From the NCBI RefSeq assembly GCF_009914755.1, contig NC_060930.1: 64,000 bases of DNA. One strand, 5' to 3'. Below the pieces are notes generated by a model. That model saw only the letters and a program-made list of their open reading frames with translations. It was not told where the DNA came from and did not search any database. The first letter of the stretch is position 1, and the number at the start of each line of letters is the position of its first letter. Below are positions 41,201 through 56,285 of this stretch, in pieces. Both the position numbers and the translations under genes were made by a program. The DNA comes from the human T2T-CHM13v2.0 reference genome, Homo sapiens.

Positions 41201-42137
41201 ACCACCCCCACACTCCCTGTAGCAGGACCTCAGTGCAACAATGCTTGCCCCTCACTGAAGCATTTTGCCAGGGGCCTGAGTACTGCTCCATCCCCCTGTA
41301 GCAGCTGGTGCATGCACTCGCCATTGGAGGGTCTGAGTATCAGCTTTCCTGGCCAAGTTGTGCCCAGCTTCATCCTACCTCCCACCCCGAGACAGAGTGC
41401 AGAATCTAAGCTCCGAGGGGTTTCACAACCCAATCCACCACCTGGGACACCCACACACTTCCCCCTATGCAGGACAGAAGTCAGGCAAAAACACCCTACC
41501 ACTCCCACCTCAGCTGGCTTCTACCTTCAAGCTCCACCTACTGACCTGAAGGCCGGTCCACACAGCCCATTGCAACCACTGCCAACACAAAAACACAGCA
41601 CTCAGGACCAAGAAGAAGAACTCGCCACTACTGCTATTGCCATCACCCGTGCCACTTTGGCTGTCCAGGAGTTGAGAGCCCACTCACCTGCCAAGTACAC
41701 CACTACTGCAACTGACCTTAGAAAAAGCCACCCCAGATGCCCAAGAATCAGCCTGCCTGGGCCCATCAATACAAGTGCCAGTGTACGCTGCCCTAGGTCA
41801 CAAGAATAGACATGCTTAGCCCACCACTGCTACTACTGAAACCTAAAGGCCCATCTGGCATTTCAGTCCCCAGCACAACTTCACCATAGTCTCCACCAAT
41901 AACTACATCCAAACACACCAAGGAAACCACAGATACTACCAACACTATTTATAGCCAAATAACTCATACAGAGTCTTCACCACTGCACACATCCAGAAGC
42001 AAAGCTTAAGGGTACTACCAAAACAAGATTATAGTCACATCTTCAAGAAAAAAGCCTCCCCCTCCCCTCATGAGAGTAAATTCAAACACAGAAGAAATGA
42101 CTATTACACCAGATGTGCAGAAATTAATGTAAAGAAA

Positions 42138-42843
42138 TGTGGCAGGCCAATTCTCCCTGACAATCACATAGACAGACCTGCATAGCACTCCAGTTACACA
42201 GACAGATTTCCACAGCACTGCCTTAACATTGAGCAAATAGTTAAACCTAAGGAAATCAGTGCCCAGACATCAAAGCTAGGAATGAAACATATGGTCAGTA
42301 GGACCTTACCTGGGCTTCTCCTTAACCTGGAGCAAGCCAAATAGTAGAGGCAGTCTTACATTCCTAGTGCCAGGGCCCAACTTGGGTTGACAAAATCTGA
42401 GATGACCCGAGGTAACAGGGGCAGCTGTTTGAATAGATTCATTGCAGAGTCTAAAGAAAATCTCTGGACCAAACTATAAAGGAGATAAGATAGAAATAAT
42501 CACTCCGGTACCGCAGTAGACAGGCCTTGAAGGTACTGGGGCTCTCAAAGCTTAATCGGACTTAACAAGCCTTTTTTTTTTTTTTTTTTTTGCCTCCGAC
42601 CTTCTAGTTGAAACAAAATTAGTTACCAATAGACAGGTGAATGCTATACTGCACATAGGCACATAACCCAACCTACGTAAGCACTAAGAAAATTGTAAAA
42701 TGTTTAGTTGGTCTGGTGGAATTATCTCTGGCCTTCTCCCTGTATCCAGTTACAGCAATAAATTCCCTTCTTTCCTAGTTTGCCTGCTTCTCATTATTGG
42801 GCCTTGAGAAAAAGCAGCTGGACCTGGCCTGGTTCCAGGAACA
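42138..42843 (+). mobile_element. ERV1 solo LTR (LTR15-like)
   Basis: TGTGGCAGGCCAATTCTCC...GGAACA termini, AATAAA, TSD GAAA; interrupts continuous L1 sequence. Confidence 0.7.
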
Positions 42844-42971
42844 GAAACAGGAAACATTAAAAAGCAAGGTAATATGACACCCTGAAAGGAACACAATAAT
42901 TCTTCAGCAATAAATCCTAACCAAAAAGAAATCCTTCAAATCTCAGATAAAGAATTCAAAATATTGATTTT

Positions 42972-45900
42972 GATTCAGAGACAAGATGAAGGATAGGAGA
43001 CAGGGCGAATGTGCAGCTCCCACTTGGACAGACAGAACAGTGTGTGGAGACTCACACCATGATCTTTTGCTCCAAGAACCACTGCAGAAACATATCAGGA
43101 AAACCAAAAGAATCCACAGATTCTTTGAAAGAAGCAGCATGCCACTGCAAATTCCATGAGACAGGCAAAAAAAACTGTGAGTTCACAAAGTGTGAGGGGG
43201 GGAAAACCTGCCTCCAAACACACATTTCACCAGGGAATCTGAAAATCCATATCATGAGAGAAGGATTTAACCTTACCTGGAGCTAAAATGGATTTAGGAA
43301 GTTGCATGACACATAAAACTAGAAGAAGCAGTGGGAAGTGCCTTCCCTGCAGACACTCCCAGTCTCCAGCTCAAGCCCAGGGAAGCCACCCCTGACTATA
43401 TCTCACACAGGCCCTCAGGGAAGGCATCCAGCAGAATTAGGGAGGGGTCACAGGGTGAAAGAAGCTCCCAACTGAAATTAGTAGTAATTTCAACTGGGCA
43501 CAAATTTTCTTGAGCAGAATCCAGGGGATGAATGGGAACTGCTGCAGATATGAGCACAGGAGCTGCTGCCAACAGTGTGGGCAGATGGGGAGGGTTGAAG
43601 CCTGAAAGCCATGCTTGCTTTCTCAGTGGGGAAGCTCATGGCTTGGGGCAAGTTCTGAATGGAGCACTGAGGGGGCAAGACTGGCCTTGCCAACTGCATG
43701 AGAGCTGGATGAGGCCTCTCGCTACCAGCTATCCCCCACTTCCCTGATGAACTATAAGACACAGCAGAAGCAGTCAAAATCCCCTCTGGAACATAATACC
43801 ATTGGCCTGAGAATCACCCCACTATCCTTCACAGTGGCTATGGCAAGCTCTGCCCAAGGAGAGTCTGAACCCAGACCCACTTAACTCTGCCACCCACCTG
43901 ATGGTATTTCTCTATGTTCTCTGGTAGCTGACTAAAAAGAAACTCTTGGGAGCTTTATGGCCCCACCCAACACCTGAGAAACTAAAATACTTATCTTGTC
44001 CAACTCAGGACATACTTGGATCCCCCTACTATTACCACAGATGGTGCTCTCTTGAAAACCCAACCTCTTGTTTGGAGGCCAACCAACACAAGCCATCACA
44101 GCAACTCATGACAGAACAATCCTGATCCCAAGAAAGAGAAGACAACAGCAATTCCACTGCTTGCAATATCCTGGCTGGCCAAAGGTCCTGAGTGTGTCCA
44201 CGTGATATGGTTTTGCTGTGTCCCCACCCAAATCTCATCTTGAATTGTAGCTCTCATAATTCCCATGTCTCATGGGAGGGACTCAGTGGCAGGTAATTGA
44301 ATTATGGTGGCAGGTCTTTCCCGTGCTGTTCTCATGATAGTGAATAACTCTCATGAGATCTGATGGTTTTATAAGGGGGAGTTTCCCTGCGCAAGTTCTC
44401 TCTCTTTGCCTGCCACCACCCATGTAAGACATGACTTGCTCCTCCTTTCCTTCCACCATGATTGTGACCCCTCCTCAGCCACATGGAACTGTGAATCCAT
44501 TAAACCTCTTTTTCTTCCCAGTCTCAGGTATATCTTTATCAGCAGTATGAAAATGCACTAATACACCACATGATAACTTCACTGCCAGCATAACCAGCAT
44601 TTGACAAAGCCAGCACACTAAACATATCTACAACCAAAGACTCTCACAGAGTGTACTTCACTCCCCTTTCACCAGAGCAGCTGTTGGGAGACCTGAAGAT
44701 GGGTCACATCACAGGACTCTTTGCAGACATTCTCCAGCACCAACCCAGAGCCTGGTAGTCCCACTGGATGGCCACAACCAGAAGAGCAATAACAATCACT
44801 GCAGTCTGGTTCTAAGGAAGTCTCATCCTTAGGGGAAGGGAGAGAGTGCCACACCAAGGGATCACCCTTTGAAACAAGAGAATCTGAACAGCTGAACAGC
44901 AGGCCTTGAGTTCCAGATCTTTCCATTGAAATAGTCTACCCAAATGAGAAGGAACCAGAAAAACAATTCTAGTAATATGATAAAACAGGGTTCTATAACA
45001 TCCCCAAAAGATCACACCAGCTACCCAGCAATGGATCCAAATCAAGAAGAAATCTCTGAATTGCCAGATAAAGAGTTCAGAAGGTTGATTATTAAGCTCC
45101 TAAGGGAGATAACACGGAAAGGTGAAAAACAACTTAAATAATCTTTTTTTAAAATACAGAATATGGATGAAAAATTCTCCAGAGAAATAGTTATCATAAA
45201 GTAAAAACAATCACAACTTCTGGAAATGACATACACACTTAGAGAAATACAAAATGCAATGGAAAATTTCAACAATAGACTAGAACAAGTAGAAGAAAGA
45301 ACTTCAGAGCTTGAAGACAAGGCTTTTGAATTAATGCAGATAAAGACATAGAAAAATGAATTTTTAAAAAAAGAACAAATCCTCCAATAAATTTGGGATT
45401 AAGTTAAATAGCCAAACCTAAGAATAATTTCTGTTCCTGAGGAAAAAGAGAAATCTAAAAGTTGGGAAAACTTACTTGAGGCATTAATTGAGGAAAATTT
45501 CCCTGGCCTTGCTAGAGATCTAGACATCCAAATACAAGAAGCTCAAAAGACACCTGGGAAATTCATCTCCAAAAGATCATCACCTAGGCACATAGTCATC
45601 GGATTATCTAAAGTCAAGATGAAGGAAGAATCTTAAGAGCTGTAAGACAAAAGCATCAGGTAACCTATAAAGGAAAACCCATCAGATTAATAGCAGATTT
45701 CTCAGCAGAAACCTTACAAGCCAGAAGAGGTTGGGGTTTGATCTTTAGCATCCTGAAACAAAATAATTATCAGTGAAAAATTTTGTATTCAGCAAAACTA
45801 GCTTCATAAATGAAGGAGAGATAAAGCCTTTTTCAGACAAACAAATGCTGAGAGAATTTGCCACTATTAAGCAGCACTACAAGAACTGCCAAAAGGAGTT

Positions 45901-46423
45901 CTAAGTCTTGAAACAAAACCTCAAAATACACCAATGTTACATACACTGCAGGTTTATAGCAGCACAATTCACAATTGCAAAAATATGGAACCAGCCTAAT
46001 TGCCCATCAACCAACAAATGGATAAAGAAAATGTGGTATATATACACAATGGAATACTATTCAGCCATAAAAAGGAATGAAATAAGGTCATTTGCAGACT
46101 CACCTGGATGAATTCGGAGACCATTATTCTAACTGAAGTAACTCAGGAATGGAAAACCAAATGTTGTATATTCTCACTTATAAGTTGGAGCTAAGCTATG
46201 AGGACACAAAGACATAAGGATGATATAATGGACTTTGGGGGCTCAGGGGGAAGGATGAAAGGGTGTGAAGGATAAAAGACTATACATTGGATACAGTATA
46301 CACTGCTCAGATGACAGGTGCACCAAAATCTCAGAAATTACCACTAAAGAACGTATCCATGTAACCAAAAATCACCTGTTCCCCCAAAACTACTGAAATT
46401 TAATTTAAATTTAAAACACGAAA
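42972..46423 (+). mobile_element. L1PB-like element (5'UTR + ORF1 + 3' end, ORF2 missing) nested in the L1MA
   Basis: Perfect 15-bp TSD CAAAATATTGATTTT at 42957-42971 and 46424-46438; ORF1 start MRRNQKNNS; L1PB-type 3'UTR. Confidence 0.8.
44203..44565 (+). mobile_element. THE1 (MaLR) solo LTR
   Basis: TGATATGGTTTTGCTGTGTCCCCACCCAAATCTC...CTAATACA; 5-bp TSD CCACG/CCACA. Confidence 0.9.
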
Positions 46424-49400
46424 CAAAATATTGATTTTAAGGAAACTCAAGATGCAAGAGATGCAAAAGAAATCAAAATAAATGCAAAGCACTCAGAAAA
46501 TTAATTCAGGATATGAATGAGAAATTTACCAAAGCATAAATATCTACCTTAAAAAAAACCAGAAACTCTAAAACTAAAAAATTCATTGAAAGGAATACAA
46601 AATACATTCAAAATCTTCAATAATAGACTATGCCAGGCAGAAGAAAGAATTTCTGAACTTGAAGGCAGGTATTTTGAAATAATCCAGTCAGACACAAATA
46701 AAGAAACAAAATGAATAAAGCCTTTGAGACATTTGGGACTACATAAGGTGACAAAACTTACAAATTATCAGTATTCCCAGGGATGAAGAGAGATCCAAAA
46801 GCTTAATAAAACTATCTAATGAAATAATAGATGAAAACTTTTCAAGTCTAGCAAAAGATTTAGACATCTATTTAGAGGAGGCTCAACAATCCCCAGGCAA
46901 ATACAATGTAAAAAGTTTGCCACAGCATATTAAAAGCAAACTGTCTAAAGTCAAAGTGAAAGAAAAAAATCTAAAATCAGTAAGAGAAAAGATGTCTAAC
47001 CATTTATAGAAGAACCCCCATCAGTCTAACAGTGGACTTCTCAGCAGAAACCTTCCTGGCCAGAAGAAAATGGGATGACATACTCAAAGTGCTGATAGAA
47101 ATTTTTAAAAAACTGGTAGCCAAGAATTCTACATACAGCTAGATTAAGCTTTGTAAATGAAGGAGAAATAAAGTCTTTCCCATCCAAGCAAATGCTGAGG
47201 GACTTCATCACCACCAGAGCAGTCCTACATGAAATACTCAAAGGAGTCCTAAACTTGGAAGTGAAAAGCTGATATTAACCATCATGAAAACACATGAAAG
47301 TATAAAACTCACTAGTAAAGCAATTACACAAAGAAGGTAGAGAAAAGAATCAAATGACACTACTGCAAAATTTCACCAAACCACAAAGACAAACAATGAG
47401 AGAAAAAGAAAAAAACAAAGACTTGATAGAACAACTAGAAAATAATTAGCAATATGAGAGAAACAAAACCCCACATATCAATATTAACTTTAAATGTAAA
47501 TGCATTAAATGCTCCACTTAAATGATATAGATTGGCTGAATTAATTTTTTTAAACATGATTCGACTATATGCTGCTTACAAGAAACTCACATTATCTATA
47601 AAGACATATACAGACTGAAAGCAAAGTGTGGAAAAAGATATTCCATGCAAATGGAAACCAAAAGTGATCAGGAGTAGCTATACTTATGTAGTATAATACA
47701 GACTTTAAATGAAAAACAACATAAAAAGACAAATAAGGTTATTATATACTGATAAAAGGATTGATTCAGCAAGAGGATAAAACAATTCTGAATATATATG
47801 TACCCAACACTGGAGCACCTAGATTCATAAAACAAATAATATTAGACCTAAAGAGATAGACAGCAATACAATAATAATGAAGGCCTTCAACACCCCACTC
47901 ACGGTATTAAACAGTTTATCTACAAAATGATCTAAAATCAACAAAGAAACATTGGACATAATTGGACGTTAGAACAAATCAACAGACATCTAGAGAACAT
48001 TCTACCCAACAATTGCAGAATATACATTCTTTCAGCAGCCCTTGGAAACTTCTCCAAGGTAGACCATATAGTAGGCTACAAAATAAGTCTCAACAAATTT
48101 TTAAAAATAGAAATCATATGAAATATCTTCTATGATCATCAAAATTTATTCCACATCACAGTGGAATAAGTTTTTTAAAATAGAAATTATATAAAGTATC
48201 TTCTAGGATTGCAGTGGAATAAAACTAGAAATCAATACCAAGAAGAACTTTGGAAACTATACAAATACATGGAAATTAACACACTCCCAAAAAAAATCAC
48301 TGGACCAATGAAGAAATTAAGTTAGAAATTTAAAAACTTTTAGAAACAAGTGAAACCTGTTAGGTTTCTACCTAACAGAGATCTTGCCATTGCACTCCAG
48401 CCTGGGCAAAAAGAGCGAAACTCCATCTCAGGAAAAAAAAAAAAAAAAAAAAAAAAAAAGAATAAAAGAAAAAATAAGAAAAGCTCAGGACCGGATAGAT
48501 TCATAGCTGAATTCTACTAATCCTCCTCAAAAAGACATCTTCCAAAAAAATCAATGAGGAGAGAATTCTTCATAACTCATTCTACAAGGCCAATAGATCC
48601 CTGATACCAAAACCAGAAAAGGACACAACAAAGAAAAGAAGTCTACATACTAATATTCCTGATAAACATAGACACAAAATTTCTCAACAAAACACTAGCA
48701 AACAAAAACCAACAGTACATCAAAAAAAAGTACACGATGATTAAATGTGTTTTATACTAGGAATGCAAGGATGGTTCCACAATGCAAAGCAATAAATGTG
48801 ATATAGCACATAAACAGAATTAAGGACAAAAAATGTATTATCATCTCAATAGACACAGAAAAAGCATTCAAAAATTCAGCATCCCTTCACAATTAAAAAC
48901 CCTCAACAAACTAGGCATCAAAGGAACATACCTCAAAATAACAAGAGCCATATATGACAAACTCACAGCCAACAGACTGAATGGGGAAAAGTTGAAAGCA
49001 TTTCCTCTAAGACCTGGAACAAGACAAGGATGCCTACTTTCACCAGTCCTGTTCAACATAGTACTGGAAGTCCTGACCAGAGCAATTGGGTAAGATAAAG
49101 AAATAAAAGACATCCAAATTGGAAAGGAGGGAGTCAAATTACTACTCTTAGCTGATCACATGATCTTATATCTGGAAAAGCCTAAAGACTTCACCACAAA
49201 ACTCTCAGATTTGATAAATGAGTTTAGTAAAGTTGCAGGATGCAAAATAAATGTACAAAAATCAGTAGTGTTTCTATACACCAATAATGATATAGCTGAG
49301 AATAAAATAAAGAAGGCAATCCCATATACAATAGTTTCAAACAAATTTAAATATGTAGGAATAGATTTAACCAAGGAGGTGAAAGATCTACAAAACACTG

Positions 49401-49511
49401 ATGAAAGAAATTATAGATAACAAAAACAAATGGAAAAACATTTCATGCTCATGGATCAAAAAAATTAGTATCATTACAATGACCATACTTCAGTTAATAG
49501 GATTACTATTA

Positions 49512-49890
<379 letters not shown>

Positions 49891-52800
49891 TCAATGCAAT
49901 CCTTATCAAAATATCAATATTATTTTTCACAGAATTAGAAAAACATAATCCTAAAATTCACATGGAAACCAAAAAGAACCCAAATAGCCAAAACAATTCT
50001 AAGCAAAAAGAACAAAGCTGGAGGCATGGTGTTACCTGACTTCCAATTATATTACAACACTAATATAACAATAGTAACCAAAACAGTTTGGCACTGGTAT
50101 AAAAATAGACATGTAGATCAGTGGAACAGAATAGAGAACTTGGAAATAAAGCCACTTATTTGTGGCCAATTCATTTTTGACAAAGTTGACATGAACATAC
50201 ATTGGGGAAAGGACACCCTTCTAAATAAATGGTGCTGGGAAAATTGAATGTCCCTATGCAAAAGAATGAAACTGGTCCCCCATCTTTCACCATATACAAA
50301 AATAACTCAAGATGGATTAAAAACTTAAACATAAGACCTAACATTATAAAAATAACAGAAGAAAACCTAGGGAAAACTCTTCTGGACATTAGTTTAGGCA
50401 AAGAATTTATGACTAAGACCTCAAAAACAGAGACAACAAAAACAAAAATAGACAAATGAGACTTAAAAGCTTCTGCACAGAAAAAAAAAAGATGAACAAC
50501 ACTTTAGAATGGGAGAAAATATGTGCAAACTGTACCTCCAACAAGGGACTAATATCAAGAATATACAAGGAACTCAAGCAATTCAACAACCAAAAAAACC
50601 CATTAAACCCAAATAATCTCATTAAAATGTGGGCAAAGGACATCAACAGACATTTTATACCAATCAGAATGGCCATTGTTAAAAAGTCAAAAAAGAACAG
50701 ATGTTGGCAAGGATGCAGATAAAATGGAACTCTTATACACCGCAGGTGGGAATGTAAGTTAGAACAGCTACTAACAAAAAATAAATTTCTCAAAGAATTA
50801 AAAATAGAACTATCATTTGATCCAGCAATCCCAACTGTATACCTAACAAAAGAAAAATAAATCAATATATCAAAAGGATACCTGCACTTGTGTGTTTATC
50901 TGCACTCTTCACAATAGCAAAGATATGGAATCAACCAAAGTGTCCATCAACAGATGGCTGGATAAATAAAGTATGATATATATACACAATGGAATACTAT
51001 TCAGCCATAAAAATAATGAAATCATGTCTTTTGCAGCAACATGGATGGAACTGGAAGCCATTAGCTTAAGTGGAACAAGTCAGACACAGAAAGACAAATA
51101 GTGCATACTTTCACTCATAAGCTGAAGCTAAAATATTTGTACACATGAACATAGAGAGTAGAATAATAGACAATAGAGACTCAGAAGAGTGAGGGGATGG
51201 GGGTGGGGTGGATGATGATAAATTGCTTAATGGTATAATGTACATCATTCAGGTGATGGATACCCTAAAAACCCTTACTTGGACACTTTGCAATTCGTGC
51301 ATGTAATGAAATTGCATTTGTATCCTGTGAATTTATACAAATAATTTCAACATCTAAACTAACCAAGGGCTGATTAAAAATCAACAAGCGGAAGGAAGGA
51401 AGCCAAATAGAAAATGGTTAGAAATAGGTTATACATTGCAGTAAAAAACTATATGCCCAAGAAACTCATAAACAGATGTTTGATCGTGTTAGTTAGAGAA
51501 ATACTAATTTTAAAACATGCAACTGTCACTTTGAACTCATCTGAATGGTGAGCACATGGAAGGTGGATGACACTAGGAGTTGGTGAGAGTGGAGGAAAGG
51601 GGGATCCTTGAGCCCTGCTGGGGGGAATGCAACATGACCCAACATTCTGGAGAACAATCTGGAGCCTCTGTGGCATAAATATGTGGCTATCCCATGCTCA
51701 ATGTTCCATCCCTGACTTATGCTCTGTTATGCATACTATTTTTTACGTCCTGTTTAGAAAATATTTGACTTCTCCAAGGTCATTTTTTCTACATTTTCTT
51801 CCAGAAACTATATTGTTTTCACCTTTTATATTTAGGTCTATGATGCATTTTCAATTAATTTCATGTGCAGTGTGAAAGAGTTAAAAACCTATTTTGTTTT
51901 CTGGGTGGGTATCCAACTGATCATTACCCTTTGATAGAAACAACATCTTTTCCACACTAAATTGCAGAGGCCCTTTAGTGGCAGTCAAGTGACTGTCTAT
52001 GTGTGGGTATGTTCCTAAACCCTCTATTTTGTTCCTATTTTCTATTTGGCTTAATGCCAACTTAACATGTAGTTTAAAAAATTCTTATATGGCTCCTTCA
52101 AGAGCATGAATGGAAGTGTTTATTTTGAGGTATTTTGTTTGCTTGTTTTTCTGTTTGTATGCTTGTGTTGTTTTGTGGTAGTAAAGAGTTGAAGCAACTT
52201 AGGTTCCCATCACTAGGGGGAACAGAAAAATGAAATCCAATACTGCCCCTACATTATATGAAATCCTACCTAGCAGCCAAAAATTGAAGATTTAGATTTA
52301 CATATAGCAACAACGGATAGTCTCAGAAGCACAATGCTATCTGAAAACATATAACTAGAGTTATAATTTTCAAAAAAAAAGCTTAAACCATGAGACAAAA
52401 ATAAACACATGCTAAAAATTTTATTTAACTCATAATACATAATTTATTTGAGAAGATGTTATACCAGTTTAAAAATGGAAGTCAAAAGGCACAAATGTAT
52501 ATGAAGTAAAGGAATATTGAAATGAATTGTACGTGGAAGCATATCAGTTTGGGGTTTGCTTTTCCCTCTCAGCAGGGGAAGGAAGACAGGGCAGAGTTTG
52601 CTTGTCTATCAATAACCTGCCTTTGTGAAAGTTAGACTTCTCTCACAAAATGATTACCAGATAACATAAAGAAGAGAGTGCAATAGATAATGCAGAAGTT
52701 TCAGTTTAATTGCAGATTTTTTTCTACAACAGAGTGAAATGTGTAAAAAACAAAAGCACACAAAATCAATTCTATATATTTTCAAGAATCTACATGCATG

Positions 52801-52914
52801 CAAATAGACATGGAAAATATGAAATATGATTATTAAGAAGATGCCTATGAGGGAAGGGTAGGCAGTGCAGCTCAGGATGAAGGTAGTAAAGATTAAAAAA
52901 AACACACACATTAA

Positions 52915-53047
<133 letters not shown>

Positions 53048-55175
53048 TTAAGAAAACACATGAAACCAAATGAGTGGTAAAGTGTTTCCTTTAAAGTGGG
53101 CCATGAAATAAGGAGTCTGTCAACTCAGTTTGGTTACATGAAGATCTTTTGTGAAAAAAATAAGACAAAAGCTAAAGCTAAAACAAAAACACAGCATGTT
53201 TGCATTTTTGTTTGCTTACAGTTGACCTTGCCATCTTTCAGGGCGTAGGTTTTCCTTTATAACATGAATGCAAGGATTGAGTTCCAGCCTGGGAGAAGAA
53301 CTGACTTATCCGAAAGTGCCCAGTGTGCAGTGGTGGGAGAGGATGGGATTCCACATCCAGCCTTCTGATGCCAAATGTCATGCTCTTTTCCCTGCAAATT
53401 CAAGCGGGGGAAATGATTGGGTCAGGGAGCCCATACAGGAGATAGGCAAGGACGTTTCACTTGGCATCCTTTATGGTCCCTCTGCAACATCAGAAATTCC
53501 CTTAGACAAGAACAATCTGTACGGGATGCTGCTTCTCTGGCTAGATTAGCCTCAAGTTTTCTCCAGTTCCTGGAGAGAAGGAATACGAAGCTGCTATCAA
53601 AATGGCACTGCCTGTTATTTATGGTTCAATGAAGATAATTATGTTTAAGCGTATCCTTATTAAACTTGATACAGTTCTCATTTAACAGTATGCGCTCAGT
53701 CTTTCTCAACCATTTCTCTTGTCTTTTTTAAGACTTAAATTAAAGAACTGGGCAGAACTCCAATGATGGATTCATACCAGAAGGACCAAGCCATCCACTG
53801 GTGCCTGAATTGGGCCAACTTTGCTACATGTGAAATATAGGCCTTTATTTCCCTGAACTCAATAAAGATCAACAAACCCAAAAGGTTGGAGCCACTGAAT
53901 GTCACAGAGGGGAAGCCCCACTGCCAGGGGTTTACTGAGGCCTAGAAAAGGGTGAGGCACTTCCCCAAGGTCACTAAGTATGATCAAGGCAGAGAGGGAC
54001 CAAGAATCCACAATCTTCTATTGCCCTGTGATGGCTGCCCTTACCTTTGCAAAGGACTGAAGTTTTAGTATTTATGTAACAAAGAGGCAATAAGACCAAA
54101 TTAATAAAATGCTCCTGAGTCAGGAGCAGTGGGTGATGGACCTGCTTGACCAATTGCATCATTGATTTGTAATCAGCCTGTCAGTGACCGGGTATCCTTG
54201 GATGTTTCTCAAGAACCGGGAAGTTATTTTATTCTATTACATGGGTTCAGTAGATTCCAACCATCCTGCCCATGGCTCTGTCCCTTTGCTTGGTCAACTG
54301 TTTATTTGCAGATGCTATGAAGTCTGACTTCAGCCCCAGCCTGTCCTGATATTCACATATTCAGATTAGCATATATTCAAATAGCAGAAGAGCAATGTCC
54401 TCTGCTAATTAATGGAGGCCTCTCAAATTCACTAGCTTGAAAAGAGTTTTATAGAAAAACTTGAGGCAAAAGCACTGAGCTCCACCATCCCAGTTCCACC
54501 TCCCCATGTAGGCAGGAAGGCTTGCTAACAAAGGAGGAGGGGGAATTGGCAGTGTTTCCACCAATGAGAAGCAACCGAAGGTCACCAAAATGTCCTTCAT
54601 TTTCCTCCCTAATAACTGTGCCTCATCTACTGCTATTGAAATTCCTGAGAAGAGGAACAGCTTTTCATTGACCAAACGGGGCCCATTTCATTGATTCACC
54701 AGGTATGATGAAATCAGATGGGTTCCTGTAAGTCCCAGCTGCACCACTTATCTGCAGAATGACATAGTGAATAACTTAATCTCTTTGAGTCTTCTCTTCT
54801 GCAGTGAAGACAGCAGCACTTATTTCAGAGTAAAGAGATTAACAAGGTACATGCTTGGCTCATAGCACATGTTCAATTAACCAGTTTCTCTAGCGGCCCT
54901 CTGCCACAGGGTAAGATAATTTTTTATATTACCTAGTCCAACATCCTTGTCTTACAGGTGAGAAAACAGAGGCCCAGAGAGAAGCTATTGACTTTCTCAA
55001 AAAAGTCACAAAGCAAGAGAATGGAAGACCCAGGTCCCCTGGTTTCAGGCCTGCAACTTTTCCCATTGCTCTGTGCTGCCCTCCAAACAGCCCCTCATGA
55101 ATGGGCAGATGGGGTCCAGCTCATTGGCTGTGCCTAAGGAGACCCTTCCATGACCTGAATCCTGCAGCTGCTCAC

Positions 55176-55528
55176 CTTTGCACCAATACCAGCCAAATCC
55201 GATGGTGCAGGACAAAGGGGACCTGAGGAGACAGGTGGGTCATGCACTAATACGCCTCAAGTCCTGCCTCCAGAGCCCTATCACCACGACCCTGATTATA
55301 GCTTCCGTGGGATAATCCTCCAGCAGGTACCTCCCAGCCCAGGCCCAGTTTAGGTCTTTGTTTCTAGTCTCCATGAGCACCAGAGTCTCTGGGGGACCCT
55401 GGCTCCAACCCCACTGCCAGGCCTTCAGGCTGGAGGCATATTTCATGATGTTGTAAGAACAGGCCATGGTCAGATTCTGTCCTTCTAGCAGGCACATTTG
55501 CTCCTCCATGTCACCTACAGCTTGGAAT
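55176..55528 (-). pseudogene. TREM3 pseudogene IgV exon (frameshifts, stop)
   Basis: FQAVGDMEEQMCLLEGQNLTMACSYNIMKYASSLKAWQ...PETLVL...AGRYLLEDYPTE...RQDL/Y*CMTHLSPQVPFVLHHRIWLV vs recalled mouse Trem3 ...CFLEGENLTLTCPYNIMLYSLSLKAWQ...AGKYLLEDYPTES...; cccag acceptor, gtgag donor. Confidence 0.88.
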
Positions 55529-55984
55529 CTGGGAATGACAAGTCAAGCACTTCACTGAGCAAACATGATTTCTTCTCTCACCTCTGCATCCCCAACCTCA
55601 GACCACAACACAGACACAGCGCCACAGACAAAGAGTATTCCTAGCTCCTCTGTCAAGCATGTAGGAGTGATTAAGTATTTCTGTGATTATTTTTAAATAG
55701 TTCTGCAATCATATATGTGTCTGTTTGCACATATATATGATATTATATAATATATATATATCTTAGCAAGATTCCTACCCATATGGAGCAAATAAGGCAA
55801 ATATCCATCATGGTTGAAGTTTGAATCTACGTGATGAGTTGACTGTGACTACTCTTTCTACATTTCGTAGACTGGAAAATGTTCATCATAAAAAGGTACA
55901 AAAGAACTTCACCAGATTTACCACCCATTTTCTATTCCACATATGGTGGCCCAGGCATGGCTTTTGCTTTCTGGTACACAGTTC

Positions 55985-56285
55985 TTTTGTTTTTGTCTTT
56001 GTTTTTTGAGACAGAGTCTTGCTCTGTCACACAGGCTGGAGTGCAGTGGTGCAATCACTGCAGTCTTGACCTTCTGGGTTCAAGTGATCCTCCCATCTCA
56101 GCCCCCACCACATAGCTGGGACTACAGGCGTGTGCCACCATGTCCAGCTAACTTTTTGTTCTTTCTAGAAACAGGGATCTCACTATGTTGCCCAGACTGG
56201 TCTCGAACTCCTGGGCTCAAGCCATCCTCTCACCTCAGCCTCCCAAAGTGTTGGGATTACAGGTGCGAGCCATAGCACTTGGCCT
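55985..56285 (-). mobile_element. Alu (AluJ-like)
   Basis: Antisense dimer with T-rich tail. Confidence 0.85.

Noticed and set aside
41108-41809. 233-aa Pro/Thr-rich ORF
   Set aside because: Lies within the L1 5'UTR; no recognisable domain or splice context
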